64,000 nucleotides of DNA from Malacoraja senta. Lineage: Eukaryota. Location: positions 124,001 through 188,000 of the forward strand of contig JAXLNO010005343.1 of the NCBI GenBank assembly GCA_038087875.1, written 5' to 3'. The notes beneath the pieces are model-generated. The model ran no database searches. It was given only the letters and a program-made list of their open reading frames with translations, and was not told where the DNA came from. The translations under genes and the position numbers were made by a program. Below are positions 49,901 to 62,718 of the stretch, piece by piece (within the stretch, counting starts at the first letter, position 1; every line of letters begins with the position of its first letter).

Positions 49901-52900
49901 AGATAAGTGTGAGGTTTTTGTATTTTTGGGAAGTCAAATGTGGGCAGGACTTGTATAGTAAACGGCAAAACGCCATGGAGTATGCTGGTACAGTACATGG
50001 TTCCTTGAGAGTGGTGTCACAGGTAGACAATGTGGTTAAGAAGGCTTTCGGCACACAGGCCTTCATCAGTCAGGGTAATGAGTATAGAATTTGGGATGTT
50101 GTTACAGCTGTATCAGGAGCTGGGGAGGCCGTTTTCCACATGATAGTGGGGATATGAAATGAACTGCCAGATGAGATTATTGAGCTGAAACTACAACAAC
50201 ATTTAAAGGACATTTGAACAGGACATGGATGGTTTTGGAGACCAAACGCCGGCAGATGGTACTAATGCAGATGGGACACCGTGATCGGCATGATGCATTC
50301 CAACCCCCTCTGCCAACATATCTCTGTGTAAAGAGCTTGCCCCATACATCAATATTAAACTTCCCCCACTCAGTTTATATCTATGCCCTCTAAAGTTGGA
50401 CATTCCCCACCCTAAGATAACATTTGTGACAGACTACCCTATCTATGCCCGTCATATTTTAATTTTTTTTAAATCTATTGTCCACTCAGCCTCTGACGTT
50501 CCAGAGAAAATAATCCAGGTTATCCAACCTCTCCATGTAGCTGAAACTCCCTAATCCAGGCAACGTTCTGGTAAACCTCCTCTGCATCCTCTCCGATGCA
50601 TCCACATCATTCCTGTAATGGGGCAACCGGAACTGTACGCAAAACTAACTGCAGCTAATCAATCCAAAGTAACAAATCACCATGTCTCCCACAAATTAAA
50701 ATCTTCTCGATTAGCATTCAATTACGGAATTTCTCGAAATGGTTTGATAGAATCATGCAGAAAAATATCACTGCCCCATCCACATAAATCATCTTCATCA
50801 TTACATTAAATTCAATCAGACGTGAGCTCCAATAGATTCCCGATGGCTGACATGAACCTCAACAGCTTATGATTTCCTTGATTACTTCTTTCCCTCAGAA
50901 AGAAAAGCGCAACATTCGCTACTCTTCAGTCATCCGGGAACTCGATTGTGGCTTAAGTGGATACGAAAGTCCTCATCAAAGGCGCTGCAATCGCAACTCC
51001 TCCTTTGCCTCCCTCAATAAAAAGGGGCAGATTCCACCGGACCCTCGGATATTATGCACCTTAAGGCTTTTGAAGTGAACCAACACCTCTTTCTTCTTCT
51101 CAAAGTGCACCAGCATATTGTCCCCTAATTTACAATAGATCATCCAATCATCATTCCTCGCCTATACAACCTCATTCCTCCTCCTTACTGGCGTATACTG
51201 GTCCTGATTTCTGATCAGTTGGCCTTTAATCGACCACCATGTCCAATGTAAACGTACCCAACAACATCTGCTCACCATTTCATCTCCCCCAATATCTAGA
51301 TGGATCCTTATTCGCAGCTATCTTAAAACTTATGGATTTATGATCAGGGATCCAAAATACACTTCTACTGAAACATCAAGCTCATTTCCCAAAGCAAGGT
51401 GTAACATGGTCCGGCGTCGAGTTGCAATATCCACAGACTATTTCAAGAAACTACTTTCGATACACCAAGCTTGCTCTTTTAGATTTTCTGCATGAAGGCA
51501 GTCACAGTCAATAATGGGGATTTGTCACCGATACCAGAAACTTGATGTTTTGACATCTTTCTCTAATCTCCCCACATATCTGTTTCTCTCTCATTCACCG
51601 GCTATAGGGAGGCCGATGGTATAATCCCATTAGAGTTGTTACACATCTCTTTATATTGTGTTCCACTCCCATTGCCTCAGTAGATGAGTATGTGAGTGCC
51701 GCTGACATTTTCCTGATTAGTAATGCAATTCCTGTATCTCTTGTACCCCTATAATCTATAATGTATGAAACATCAAAACTCATAAATTTTGAGTTAGCAG
51801 TCATCGATCAAGTCAAGTCAAGTCAAGAGAGTTCATTGTCATGTCCCAGATAGGACAATGAAATTCTTGCTTGCTGCAGCACAACAGAATATTGTAAGCA
51901 AAAATACAGAACAGTTCAGTTCAATATACACATAAATAAGCAGATAAAGTGCAATAGGCTGTTACAGTTCAGAGTCTGTTTGTTGACGAGTTTCATAGCC
52001 TGATGGCTGTGGGGAAGTAGCTGTTCCTGATCCTGGATGTAACAGATCTCAGACTCCTGTACCTTCTGCCCGGTGGTAGCGGAGAGATGAGTGCGTGGCC
52101 AGGATGGTGTGGGTCCTTGATGATCATCCACTTTACCTGTAATGCTCCTTGGAATAAACACATCTCAACCGATCTGTTTCAACGTGTTATTTAGCCTCAC
52201 TCAAAACACACTTCAGAAAATCCATCTTAACATTTTTTTATTAACCTTTCCTGTCTCACCTCCATTTCAGACTAATGGGTCATAACCCCGATCTTGCCAC
52301 TGGGCCATAACTGGGTCATAACACCTATCTCGCGTCTATCACATAGTTCCATGGGCTGACCTGCTGCTTCCACACACCGCCCGCCCCCCCCCCCCCCTCC
52401 GTGCTCAGTCCACGCCACCGCTCGTGCGTATATCCTCCCAAGTAACTGCAAGGACACCGCCTCTACCTCCCAGTTCAATTGCAGCCCATTCGTTTTATAT
52501 AGGTCCTATTTGTCCTGTAAGAATACCCAATGACCCATATATTTTATGCCAGGGCCTTAGCCACGTAGTAACTTGGATTATTCTGCTATTCCTTTCGATA
52601 CCGTTTTGTATTCCCGAGATAGCAATACAGGAGGTCTTGTTTTTTCACCGAATACCGAACTCCCTAAATTCTCTTTGCAGACCCTCGTGTCCCTTTCTAC
52701 ATATGGCATTGATGCTAATATGGACCACGAGATATGGCTTCTCACCCTCCCGTCTCACAATATTCCGTGTTTGCCACGTGACATCCGTAACATCAGACAA
52801 CAGAGTGAGGACAGAGCATTCTTGAGTATCTCTTGCTGCCAGTGAAACCATTGACTGGAGGCGACTGTCACTATTTCCTTTGAACTAATTTAACAGTGAC

Positions 52901-54558
52901 GTTCAGAAGACTTAGATAAACAAGATGTTTTCATACTTTTTATTTATTCTCTGAGTCACAAATATTTGATCAGAAATACGCTGAATGAGTTAACATTGAG
53001 CTTTTCTCTGCCTGGCGGAACTAATTTCAGACGTTCAAAGATAGCTCCCGTCTATCACGTAGTCATCAACTGCTGTCAGGGCCGGATTTAGATGAAGAGA
53101 GGTCCTAGGCTGTTCCACTTGTGAGGCTGCTCCCAATCCCCCACCCCCACGACTAGAGGAAGATGGTACACCAGATTGACACCGATTTGCAGCCGAGCAT
53201 GGCCAGGGACGGATTTTGATGAAGAGAGGCTGTTCACTTGTGAGGCCCCTCCCAATCTCCCACCCCCACGACTAGAGGAAGATGGTCCACCAGATTGACA
53301 CCGATTTGCAGCCGAGCGTGGCCAATTAGATAAGGGGCTGGAAAGCTGCGGTTTTATTTATTTATTTATTTATTTATTGCCAGTGTCGCGTTATCGGCTT
53401 AAAACACTATTATTCTGAAATGGAGGGCAAGGAAAATTACTGAAGGGTTGTTTAGAGACTACAGTGCGTTGTGACAGGATATGTAAAAAAGGCCTATGAC
53501 AGTGTCAAAAATATTATACACCTTGCAGTGCTCTCACTTAATTTTTTCTCTGTTGTCAGCCGGGCAACCTTGGCAGCTTTTTAAGTTGCCAAATGACACT
53601 TTAGGTTGTCATTAAGACGGCTTGCATGACGCGTGCGATAATGTGCTCGGACCACGTCCGTAGTTACCAGTCAGAATTATGCTCAATGAAGCATTCACAT
53701 ATTATTTCTGCTTCAAATAAAGTCACTAAACATATTCACCAATTAAGACAAGACGTGATATATACCACAATGACATGCAGCAAAATTATAATACAGTATC
53801 TCAACTCTTTATACACGTTGCAATGAATGCAATCTATATACTTTAAAATTGTGTGTGTGTGTGTGTGTGTGGGGGGGGGGTGTATGTCATATTTTTGGCC
53901 TTTGATTCGTTACTCCGCCAAAACCAGACTAAAACACGCCGAGATTTTTACCATTTCGCTAGCGATTTCACTTTTACATTCGCTCATCCACTCCTCATTA
54001 AATTTAGTCATTTTTCTGTACACATTTTTAATAAAATCCTCCCCCCCCCTCCCCCTCCCCCCCCCCCCCCACTCACTCATTTTTTCGCCTCACGCTGGCT
54101 ACCTTCTCTTCGCGTGCCCCGCGCGACCATAACGGCTGCTGCCGCCCGGCTCTACTCCACCACCCCCCCCCCCCCCCGGCCCGGCTCTGTCACGCTGGTG
54201 GAAGCCAAAGATCGGCTGTTCCCCGCTGCTTTTCGCCGTCCTCGCTGGCGGCCCGCACGCTTGCACTGTCCGAAAATCCCGCGCGTCAACGGCCTGTCGC
54301 CCCGCAGGCGCATTGAGGACGTACGCAGCGTCTCGACGGGCGTACGCAGCGTCTTGACGTCGTACGCAGCGTCCTGACGTCGTACGCCTGGCCCGCAGGC
54401 TCACTCGGGATCACGCCCGCCCGCCCACTCCACCCCCCCCCCCCTCCCCGTACTCGGGTCTGAAGCGCCGATGATGCAAGGCCATGGAGCTGAGGTTCAC
54501 TCTGAGGCCGACGGCTGCTGGGCGGCCCTACCCCTCTCCTCCCTCCCTTCTTAATTTA

Positions 54559-54693
54559 NNNNNNNNNNNNNNNNNNNNNNNNNNNNNNNNNNNNNNNNNN
54601 NNNNNNNNNNNNNNNNNNNNNNNNNNNNNNNNNNNNNNNNNNNNNNNNNNNNNNNNNNNNNNNNNNNNNNNNNNNNNNNNNNNNNNNNNNNNN
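54559..54693. other. Assembly gap (135 N)
   Basis: N run replacing the (GT)n region seen in copy A. Confidence 1.
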
Positions 54694-55859
54694 CTCCCCT
54701 CGCAACCGCGCGTTGCGGGAACAGACCCAACGGGTCTGCACTTGGTCTAGTTTCTATTATTTCTTTCCACTTCCAAACAAAAATGTGGTTGGATTATTCA
54801 GCGTATGATCAACCTCGGTGAGACCAAGCGCAGGCTTGGCGATCGCTTCGCACAACACCTCCACTCAGTTCGAAGTTGAGAGCAGTTAATACTCACTTTG
54901 TTGCATCCAGTTATCATTACAATTTGAAGAATAGCCGGGCAACCAATATGAGCTCGTAATCGAATTAGTTGTGAAGCTTTCATCAAAATACCTCATAGCA
55001 TTAACCACACGACGTTCGTCAACCTGGAACATGAATTTGAAGATAAATATGAACAATGCAGTTATTGCTTTACATTTACTAACTATAATATAATCTTGCC
55101 GTGAATCTGTGAGCATGTGGCCCTTTTAGCATCTTAAATATAAGCCTTCCTAAAATGAGGAAAAATTGTACTCCGGATGTCCACTTCCGTTCAAGTAAGG
55201 TCTGGTAATTAGATTATATACAACCGGTAATGAAGACCTGTTAGTTTAATCGTTTCAGACGGAGTATAAAAATAAGGACATTTGAATGAGTGAATGATTA
55301 CGCTGCCCACATTCTATTACTTTCGTGCGGTCTAATTATTGCCTGACCTGTTCCGGATTGAGCCACGCCTTTAGTTTCCATTCTTCAGTCCCTGCAAGTA
55401 AGCGCGTAAATGTTCTGTGATTGCACATAAAGGAGACCATTCTAGCAGATTTAGAGTCGTATGGTTGACGCATTCTTTCCTTTCTGATCAGAAAATTCAT
55501 TGTCGATTTCTTTCAACTCATCTCACCTTTAGGCGTGTTTCCTCTGCGGATTTTGTATGCAAGTACAGCTTTTTTTACAAAACATAGTTTCATTTTGTGT
55601 TCATGAGTAGCTCACCCCAATTACGAGTATGTTTAATTAACCCTACGCATAAAAATGATAACTAAATGATATGAAATTAAAGAATAATGATTGTCCAAAG
55701 ATCTCATGGTCCAACAATCACGAAAAAACAATTACTTAAATCTTTAGAGCAAACCTTCTAGTACAGACTGAGAAAGGGTCCGTTTATTGCTACTTTATAA
55801 CTCTGTAGCACACCATATTTGTTTTTGTATTGTGATTCGAAACATCATTATAGACTCAC

Positions 55860-56183
55860 CGTGTACAATAATCCTCGTGCCATTGCTTTTGGAACTCTTT
55901 CCTTCTCCGCCTCTCACACTGCAATAATAGATCCCGGAGTCACGGAAGCTCACGTCCAACAGATGTAATTCGGCAGATCCCTTCAGGACATTGTTCATTT
56001 TCATGCTCCTGTATGCGGTGGGATTCAAAGTCTCTTCTTGACCGTCTCTCTTCCAGTATACATCCACCAGTGCATTCTGACCAAAGATTGGGAAAGTACA
56101 GTACAGGGATACATTTTCACCTGTCACCTTCGTTACCTTATCGGGAATCTGACGCACCCTGAACGAGGAGGCCCCGTCAGTAA
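55860..56183 (-). CDS. VJ-type Ig domain exon copy 4, intact
   Basis: 324-nt open phase 1-1 exon, motifs SLYC, VYW, DSGIYYC and SNGTRIIV. Acceptor TTCTGACAG|, donor G|GTGAGT. Confidence 0.9.
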
Positions 56184-56353
56184 CTGTCAGAATTAAAAAC
56201 AAACGTTAAACATGTGAAATGACATTGAATGGATCGATAAAATTCCAAATGACTGAGATAGATAGACCGAAAAGTAAGAGTTGTACATCTTATACTTTTC
56301 GCGGATTGACTTTTTCCCTGATATTTTCATTTAATAGAGAGAAATATATTAAC

Positions 56354-56408
56354 CTGTGTAACTCATGTGCAGGATCGAGAGACACAGCAGCACGGCAAAC
56401 ATAAACAT
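56354..56408 (-). CDS. Leader exon copy 4, MFMFAVLLCLSILHMSYT
   Basis: ATG, 55 nt, donor G|GTTAAT. Joins the VJ exon in frame. Confidence 0.85.
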
Positions 56409-57497
56409 TCTGAACAAAGGGGGTGAAATTCAACGATGTTTCCTCTTTGACAGCGAGTCAAGCAGTGAAGCTTGTTGGCGACCGTCTTGCAGCAATACCG
56501 CGTGGCCCGATACTGTACATTATCTCTGCCTTGGGAAAAGGACAAATGAGGCTTATGGATATGCCGTTGAATAAAGGACGGGCGCAGGGGATAAAGGAAA
56601 ATAAATACTTTCAAAACCTAAATGTTACTAAAGAATTTAGAATCTAGAGAATATAGAAACAGTCCCAACGGAGCATCTAATCCACACCAACCATCGATCA
56701 CCCCTTCACACCAGTTCCATGTTATCCCACTTTCTCACCCACTACCTGCATGTTAAGGGCAAATTACAGCAGCCAACAAAGCAGCAAGTCTTTGGGATGT
56801 AGGAAGAAATCACACGTAGAAAATCCATGTAGTTACAAGGAGAAATTGCAAATTCCACACAGTCAGCACCGAACGAGGTTAGGATCGAACGAGGATCTCC
56901 GCCAATGTGAGGCAGCATCTCGACCAGTTACCACCATTGAAGAGGTTTATGCGCCCAAGCATTGATGAATTACAATCAGCTGGTCTTCTATGTTGTTTAA
57001 GGAGGAACTGCAGATGCTGGAAAATCGAAGGTAGACAAAAGTGCTGGAGAAACTCAGCGGGTGCAGCAGCGTCTATGGAGCGAAGGAAATAGGCAACGTT
57101 TCGGGCCGCAACGCTTCTTCAGTCTTCAATGTTCACAGATTTGTAGAATTTTGAAATATATATATTATATATTATCCTCCGTGGTTCTATAGATTCAGTA
57201 ATTATTCCAGGATAATTCTAAGTAGCAAATGTGAAACTTCCCTTTGGTTTCCAATGTGTTTTGGTTAGTTTATGTGGGGTTGAGGGGGGGGGTTTGGGGA
57301 AACATTGTTTCGGTCACTTACTTCGACGGAGATGCGATTTGCTCCTTGTCGCATCTCCCCCGCCCCTCTCCCCTCCTTTTGCGGCGTAACATCCTGGAGT
57401 GGTGCGCCTTTCCTGGGTACCGGGCACGGAGCTTCAGCCGCGAGCGCGGCGCGGAACCTGGGATCCTTTACCGACGATCGCCAGAAGAAGAGCTCCG

Positions 57498-60400
57498 ACC
57501 ATATAACCATATAACCTTTACAGCACGGAAACAGGCCATCTCGGCCCTTCAAGTCCTTGCCGAACACTTTTTCCCCCCTTCTTTCTTCTTTCTTCCCCCT
57601 AGTTCCATCTACCTGCACTCAGACCATAACCCTCCATTCCTTTGATTTGATTTGATTTCTTGTCATTTGAACCTCAAAGAGGCTCAAAACGAAACTCCGT
57701 TTCCACAGCCATACAAACAAAACAATTCCTACTCGACACACAAACAATTCAATTTACAGAAAAACATCCATCACAGCGAATCTCCTCCTCACTGTGATGG
57801 AAGGCAAAGTCATTTCTCTCCCTTCTACCATTTTTCTCCCGGTGTTGAAGCCCCAGGCGGGCAATGTTAAGTCCCACGGCCGTTGAGGCAGCGCCGGGCG
57901 GTATACAGCTTCGCTCCGGGCCCAAAGTCACAAGTTGGAGCCCCGGCGGGCGCTGGAATTTCCCGCGGCTTTAACATTAAAGCCGACCGGGCGATTTACG
58001 GCCCCGCTCCGGGTCGTTCCAACCCCGCGACTCGAGCTGGAGAAGTTGCGTTGCGGGAGCTCCGGAAAGCGGTCTCTCACCCGGACCCGCGAGCTCCCGA
58101 TGTCCCAGTCCACGGGTCTGCAGCTGCAGCTGCAGCTCCGGAGTGAGCAGCAACGAGTCACCACCGCTCCCCGCGCTCCGAGGCCGGCCAGCCCCACGAT
58201 GGTAAGTCCGCAGCTCCACGGTCGTCCCGGTCGGAGGCCGCTCCACGGAGGTAGGCCCCAACGACAACGGAGACCCGACAGGGAAAAGGTCGGGTCTCCC
58301 GTGCAGGGAAGAGAATTTTTTTAAGTTTCCCCCCTCCCCCCCCCCCGCCCCCCACATATACACAATCAAAGCAGTACAAAAAAAACCCCAACAACTACAT
58401 TTAACTAGAAAAAAAAAAGACAGACGGGCTGTAGGGGCCGCTGCAGTAATCCGCGCCGCCGCAATCCCGTCAATATACCCATCCAATCTATTTTTAAAGG
58501 ATAAAATCGAACCTACCTCCACCACTTCCACTGGAAGCTCATTCCACACAGCTACCTCTCTCTCAGTAAAGAAATTCCCCCTAATGTTACCCCTAAACTT
58601 CTGTCCCTTAATTCTCAAGTCATGTCCCCTTGTTTGAATCTTCCCTATTCTCAATGGGAAAAGCTTATCCACGTCAACTCTGTCTAACCCGCTCATAATT
58701 TTAAAGACCTCTATCAAGTCCCCACTTAATCTTCTGTGCTCCAAAGAATAAAGACCTAACTTGTTCAACCTTTCTCTGTAACTTAGTTGTTGAAACCCAG
58801 GCAACATTCTAGTAAATCTCCTCTGTACTCTCTCTATTTTGTTGATATCCTTCCTATAATTGGGCGACCAAAATTGTACTCCATACTCCAGAATTGGCCT
58901 CACCAATGCCTTGTACAATTTTATCATTACATCCCAACTTCTATATTCAATGCTCTGATTTCTAAAGGCCAGCACACCAAAAGCTTTCTTTACCACCCTA
59001 TCTACATGAGATTCCACCTTCAGGGAACTATGCACAGTTATTCCTAGATCCCTCTGTTCAACTGCATTCCTCAATTCGCTACCATTTACCATGTACGTCC
59101 TATTTGATTTGTCCTGCCAAGATGTAGCACATCACATTTATCACCATTAAACTCCATCTGCCATCTATCAGCCCACTCTTCCAAATGGCCTAAATCTCTC
59201 TGTAGACTTTGAAAATCTACTTCATTATCCACAACACCACCTATCTTAGTATCATCTGCATACTTACTAATCCAATTTTCCACACCATCATCCAGATCAT
59301 TGATGTACATTACAAACAACAGTGGACCCAACACGGACCCCTGAGGCACCCCACTAGTCACCGGCCTGCAACCTGACAAACAACCATCCATCATTATTCT
59401 CTGGCATCTCCCATTCAGCCACTGTTGAATCCATCTTGCTACTCCACCATTAATACCCAACAATTGAATCTTCTTAACCAACCTTCCATGAGGAACCTTG
59501 TCAAAGGCCTTACTGAAGTCCATATAGACAACATCCACTGCTTTACCCTCATCAATTTCCCTAGTAACCTCTTCGAAAAATTCAAGATTAGTCAAACATG
59601 ACCTTCCAGGCACAAATCCATGTTGACTGTTCCTAATCAGACCCTGCTTATGCAGATGCTTATATATATTATCTCTAAGTATCCTTTCCATTAATTTGCC
59701 GACCACTGACGTCAAACTAACAGGTCTATAATTGCTAGGCTTACTCTTAGAACCCTTTTTAAACAACGGAACAACATGCGCAGTACGCCAATCCTCCGGC
59801 GCTATTCCCGTTTCTAATGACATTTGAAATATTTCTGTCATAGCCCCTGCTATTTCTACACTAACTTCCCTCAATGTGCGAGGGAATATCCTGTCAGGAC
59901 CTGGAGACATCTGTTTTCATATTTTTCAAAAGTGTCCACACCTCCTCTTCTTTGAATCTCATAGTTTCCATTGCTACTCTGCTTGTTTCCCTTGCCTCAC
60001 ATAATTCAATATCCTTCTCCTTGGTGAATACCGAAGAAAAGAAATTGTTCAATATCTCCCCCATCTCTTTTGGCTCTGCAGATAGCTGTCCATTCTGACT
60101 CTCTAATGGAACAATTTTATTCCTTGTTATCCTTTTGCTATTAATATAGCTGTAGAAACCCTTTGGATTTACTTTCACCTTCCTTGCCAAAGCAACCTCA
60201 TATCTTATTTTAACTTTTCTAATTTCTTTCTTAATATTCTTTTTACATTCTTTATACTCCTCAAGCACCTCATTTACTCCATACTGCCTATAATTATTGT
60301 AGATCTCTCTCTTTTTCCGAACCGTGTCCAATTTCCCTTGAAAACCATGCCTCTTTCCAATTTTTACTATTTCCTTTCAACCGAACAGGGACATAAAGAT

Positions 60401-62330
60401 TCTGTACTCTTAAAATTTCACCTTTAAATGTCCTCCATTTCTCTTCAACATCCTTCCCATAAAAACAACATGTCCCAATTCACTCCTTTAAAATCCTTTC
60501 TCATCTCCTCAAAGTTAGCCTTTCTCCAATCAAAAATCTCAACCCTAGGTCCAGTTCTGACCCTCTCCATAAATATATTGTAACTAATGGTATTGTGATC
60601 ACTGGACCCGAAGTGCTCCCCAACGCATACCTCCGCCACCTGCCCTGTCTCATTTCCTAACAGGAGGTCCAGCACTGCCCCTTCTCTAGTAGGTACCTCT
60701 ATGTATTGCTGCAAAAAACTATCCTGCACACATTTTACAAACTCCAAACCATCCAGCCCTTTTACAGAATGTGTTTCCCAGTCTATGTGTGGAAAATTGA
60801 AATCTCCCACAATTACTACCTTGTGCTTACTACTAATATCTGCTATCTCCTTACATATTTGCTCTTCCAATTCTCGCTCCCCATTAGGCGGTCTATAATA
60901 CACCCCTATAAGTGTTGCTACACCTTTCCCATTTCTCAGTTCCACCCAAATAGCCTCCCTAGCCGACCCCTCTAATCTATCCTGCCAAAGCACTGCTGTA
61001 ATATCTTCCTTGACAAGCAATGCAACACCCCCACCTCTTGCCCCTCCAATTCTATCACCCCTGAAGCAACGAAATCCTGGAATATTTTGTTTCCAATCAC
61101 ACCGCTCCTGCAACCATGTTTCACTGATCGCCAGAACATCATACTTCCAGGTGTCAATCCAGGCTCTAAGCTCACCCACCTTTCTTACAATGCTCCTAGC
61201 ATTAAAATATACACATTTAAGAAACCCACCACCACTTATTCTCTGTTTATTATCTTTTTCTTCTTTCTCCCCTACATTTTGGGTCCGAATGCTTCCCTTC
61301 TCTGCCTCCTGCCTCCCACATTGTCTACTAGCTTTCTCTATTTGAGTCCCTCCCCCGAACCGTTCCAGTTGAAAGTCTCCCCAGTAGCCTTTGCAAATCT
61401 CCCCGCCAGGATATTGGTTCCCCTCCGGTTCAAGTGCAACTCGTCCTTTCTGTACAGGTCACACCTTCCCCAAAAGAGGTCCCAATGATCCAGAATTTTG
61501 AATCCCTGACCCGCTGCACCAGTTCCTTAGCCACGCATTTATTCTCCACCTCATTCCATTCCTACTCTCACTGTTGCGTGGCACAGGTAGTAATCCTGAG
61601 ATTGTTACCTTTGCGGTCCTTCTCCTTAACTCTCCTCCCAACTCCCTAAATTCTCCTTTCAGGACCTCTTCTCTTTTTCTGCCTATGTCATTGGTACCTT
61701 ATATGTACCATGACCTCTGCTCCTCTCCTCCGATTTCAGGATATCTTGGATGCGTTCAGACACATCCCTGACCCTTGCACCAGGGAGGAAAACTACCATC
61801 CGGGTCTTATGACTGCGTCCACAGAATCGCCTATCCGACCCCCTAACTATAGAGTCCCCTATTACTATTGCCCTCCTCTTCTTTTCCCTACCCTTCTGAG
61901 CAATAGGGCCGGTCTCTGTGCCGGAGGCCCGGCCGCTGTCGCTACCCCCAGGAAGGCTGTCCCCCCCAACAGTACTCAAACAGGAGTACTTATTTTCAAG
62001 GTGTACAGCCACCGGGATACTCACTAGTCCCTGCCTCTACCCCTTGCCCTTCCTAACCGTGACCCACGTGTCTGCCTCCCGTGGTCTTGGAGTGCCCACC
62101 TCCCTATAACTCCTTTCTATGACCTCCTCACTCTCCCTGATCAGACAGAGGTCATCGAGCTGCTGCACCAGGTTCCTAACACGGTCCCTTAATAGCCCCA
62201 TCTCGACGCACCTGGCACAGATGTGGACGTCTGGAGGGGTATCAGACTCCATGAACTCCCACATCTGACATCCAGAACAGTAAACTGCCCTGGCCCTCAT
62301 ACTCCCCCCTTACCCTGGATACAATACAAA
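57498..62330 (-). mobile_element. Near full-length CR1 LINE (ORF1 zinc-finger/coiled coil/esterase; ORF2 APE-RT), frameshifted, with a nested insertion in its 3' end
   Basis: ORF1 CSGC...CARC (62037-62300) and IVIGDSIVRG (61683-62024). Endonuclease 60445-61179, RT 59086-59910. (AACCATAT)n tail at 57498. Same family as 6614-10049. Confidence 0.95.
57641..58464 (-). mobile_element. Unclassified GC-rich interspersed element with a (TTTGA)n end, nested in the CR1 3' region
   Basis: Interrupts CCATTCCTT|TCCCGTC of the CR1 (compare 6779-6796). Its first ~600 bp is also at 48165-48767. Confidence 0.7.
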
Positions 62331-62339
62331 GACCGCGGG

Positions 62340-62718
62340 GCTTGTGGACTTGAACACCGTGTAGCGAGCGGTCTCCGGTTAGAAGAGGCCGACTCTGGAA
62401 CTCCATGCCGCGGAGTGTTCCAATCCGACCCGACGCCGGAGTTTTAATCATCCCGACGAGAGGGCCTGGACATCGGACCGTCGGCAGCGGCGAACTGCGA
62501 GTGTTCAAGACCCCGATTACCACGGGTGAACAAAGGAGGAAGATGACTGAACTTTATTGACTTCCATCAGTGGAATGTTGATTCCACTGTGGTGCAAGTT
62601 CATGTTAAATTTAGTTTATCTTTGCACTGTGCTCTTTTCACTTAGTATGGCTGTGTGGTAACTCAAATTCCACTGGACCTTAGTTGGTTAATTGACAATA
62701 AACGCGAACTTGAACTTG
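62340..62718 (+). mobile_element. Unclassified GC-rich retroposon-like element ending in AATAAA...(AACTTG)n
   Basis: CpG-rich body with terminal GACAATAAACGCGAACTTGAACTTG, resembling Rex1/L2-type tails. Confidence 0.45.

Larger units (their letters stand above)
48764..58240. repeat. Tandem segmental duplication, copy B
   Basis: Near-identical to 39310-48767. GCCG is present at 39310, 48764 and 58237. Confidence 0.95.

Noticed and set aside
15329-56408. Rearranging TCR or Ig locus
   Set aside because: V and J-like motifs are fused in single exons bounded by splice sites. I saw no heptamer-spacer-nonamer RSS or separate D/J segments at the exon ends.
57977-59092. Longest ORF in the track (371 aa)
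   Set aside because: Chimeric read-through from the CR1 RT C-terminus into the nested GC-rich element, not a host gene.
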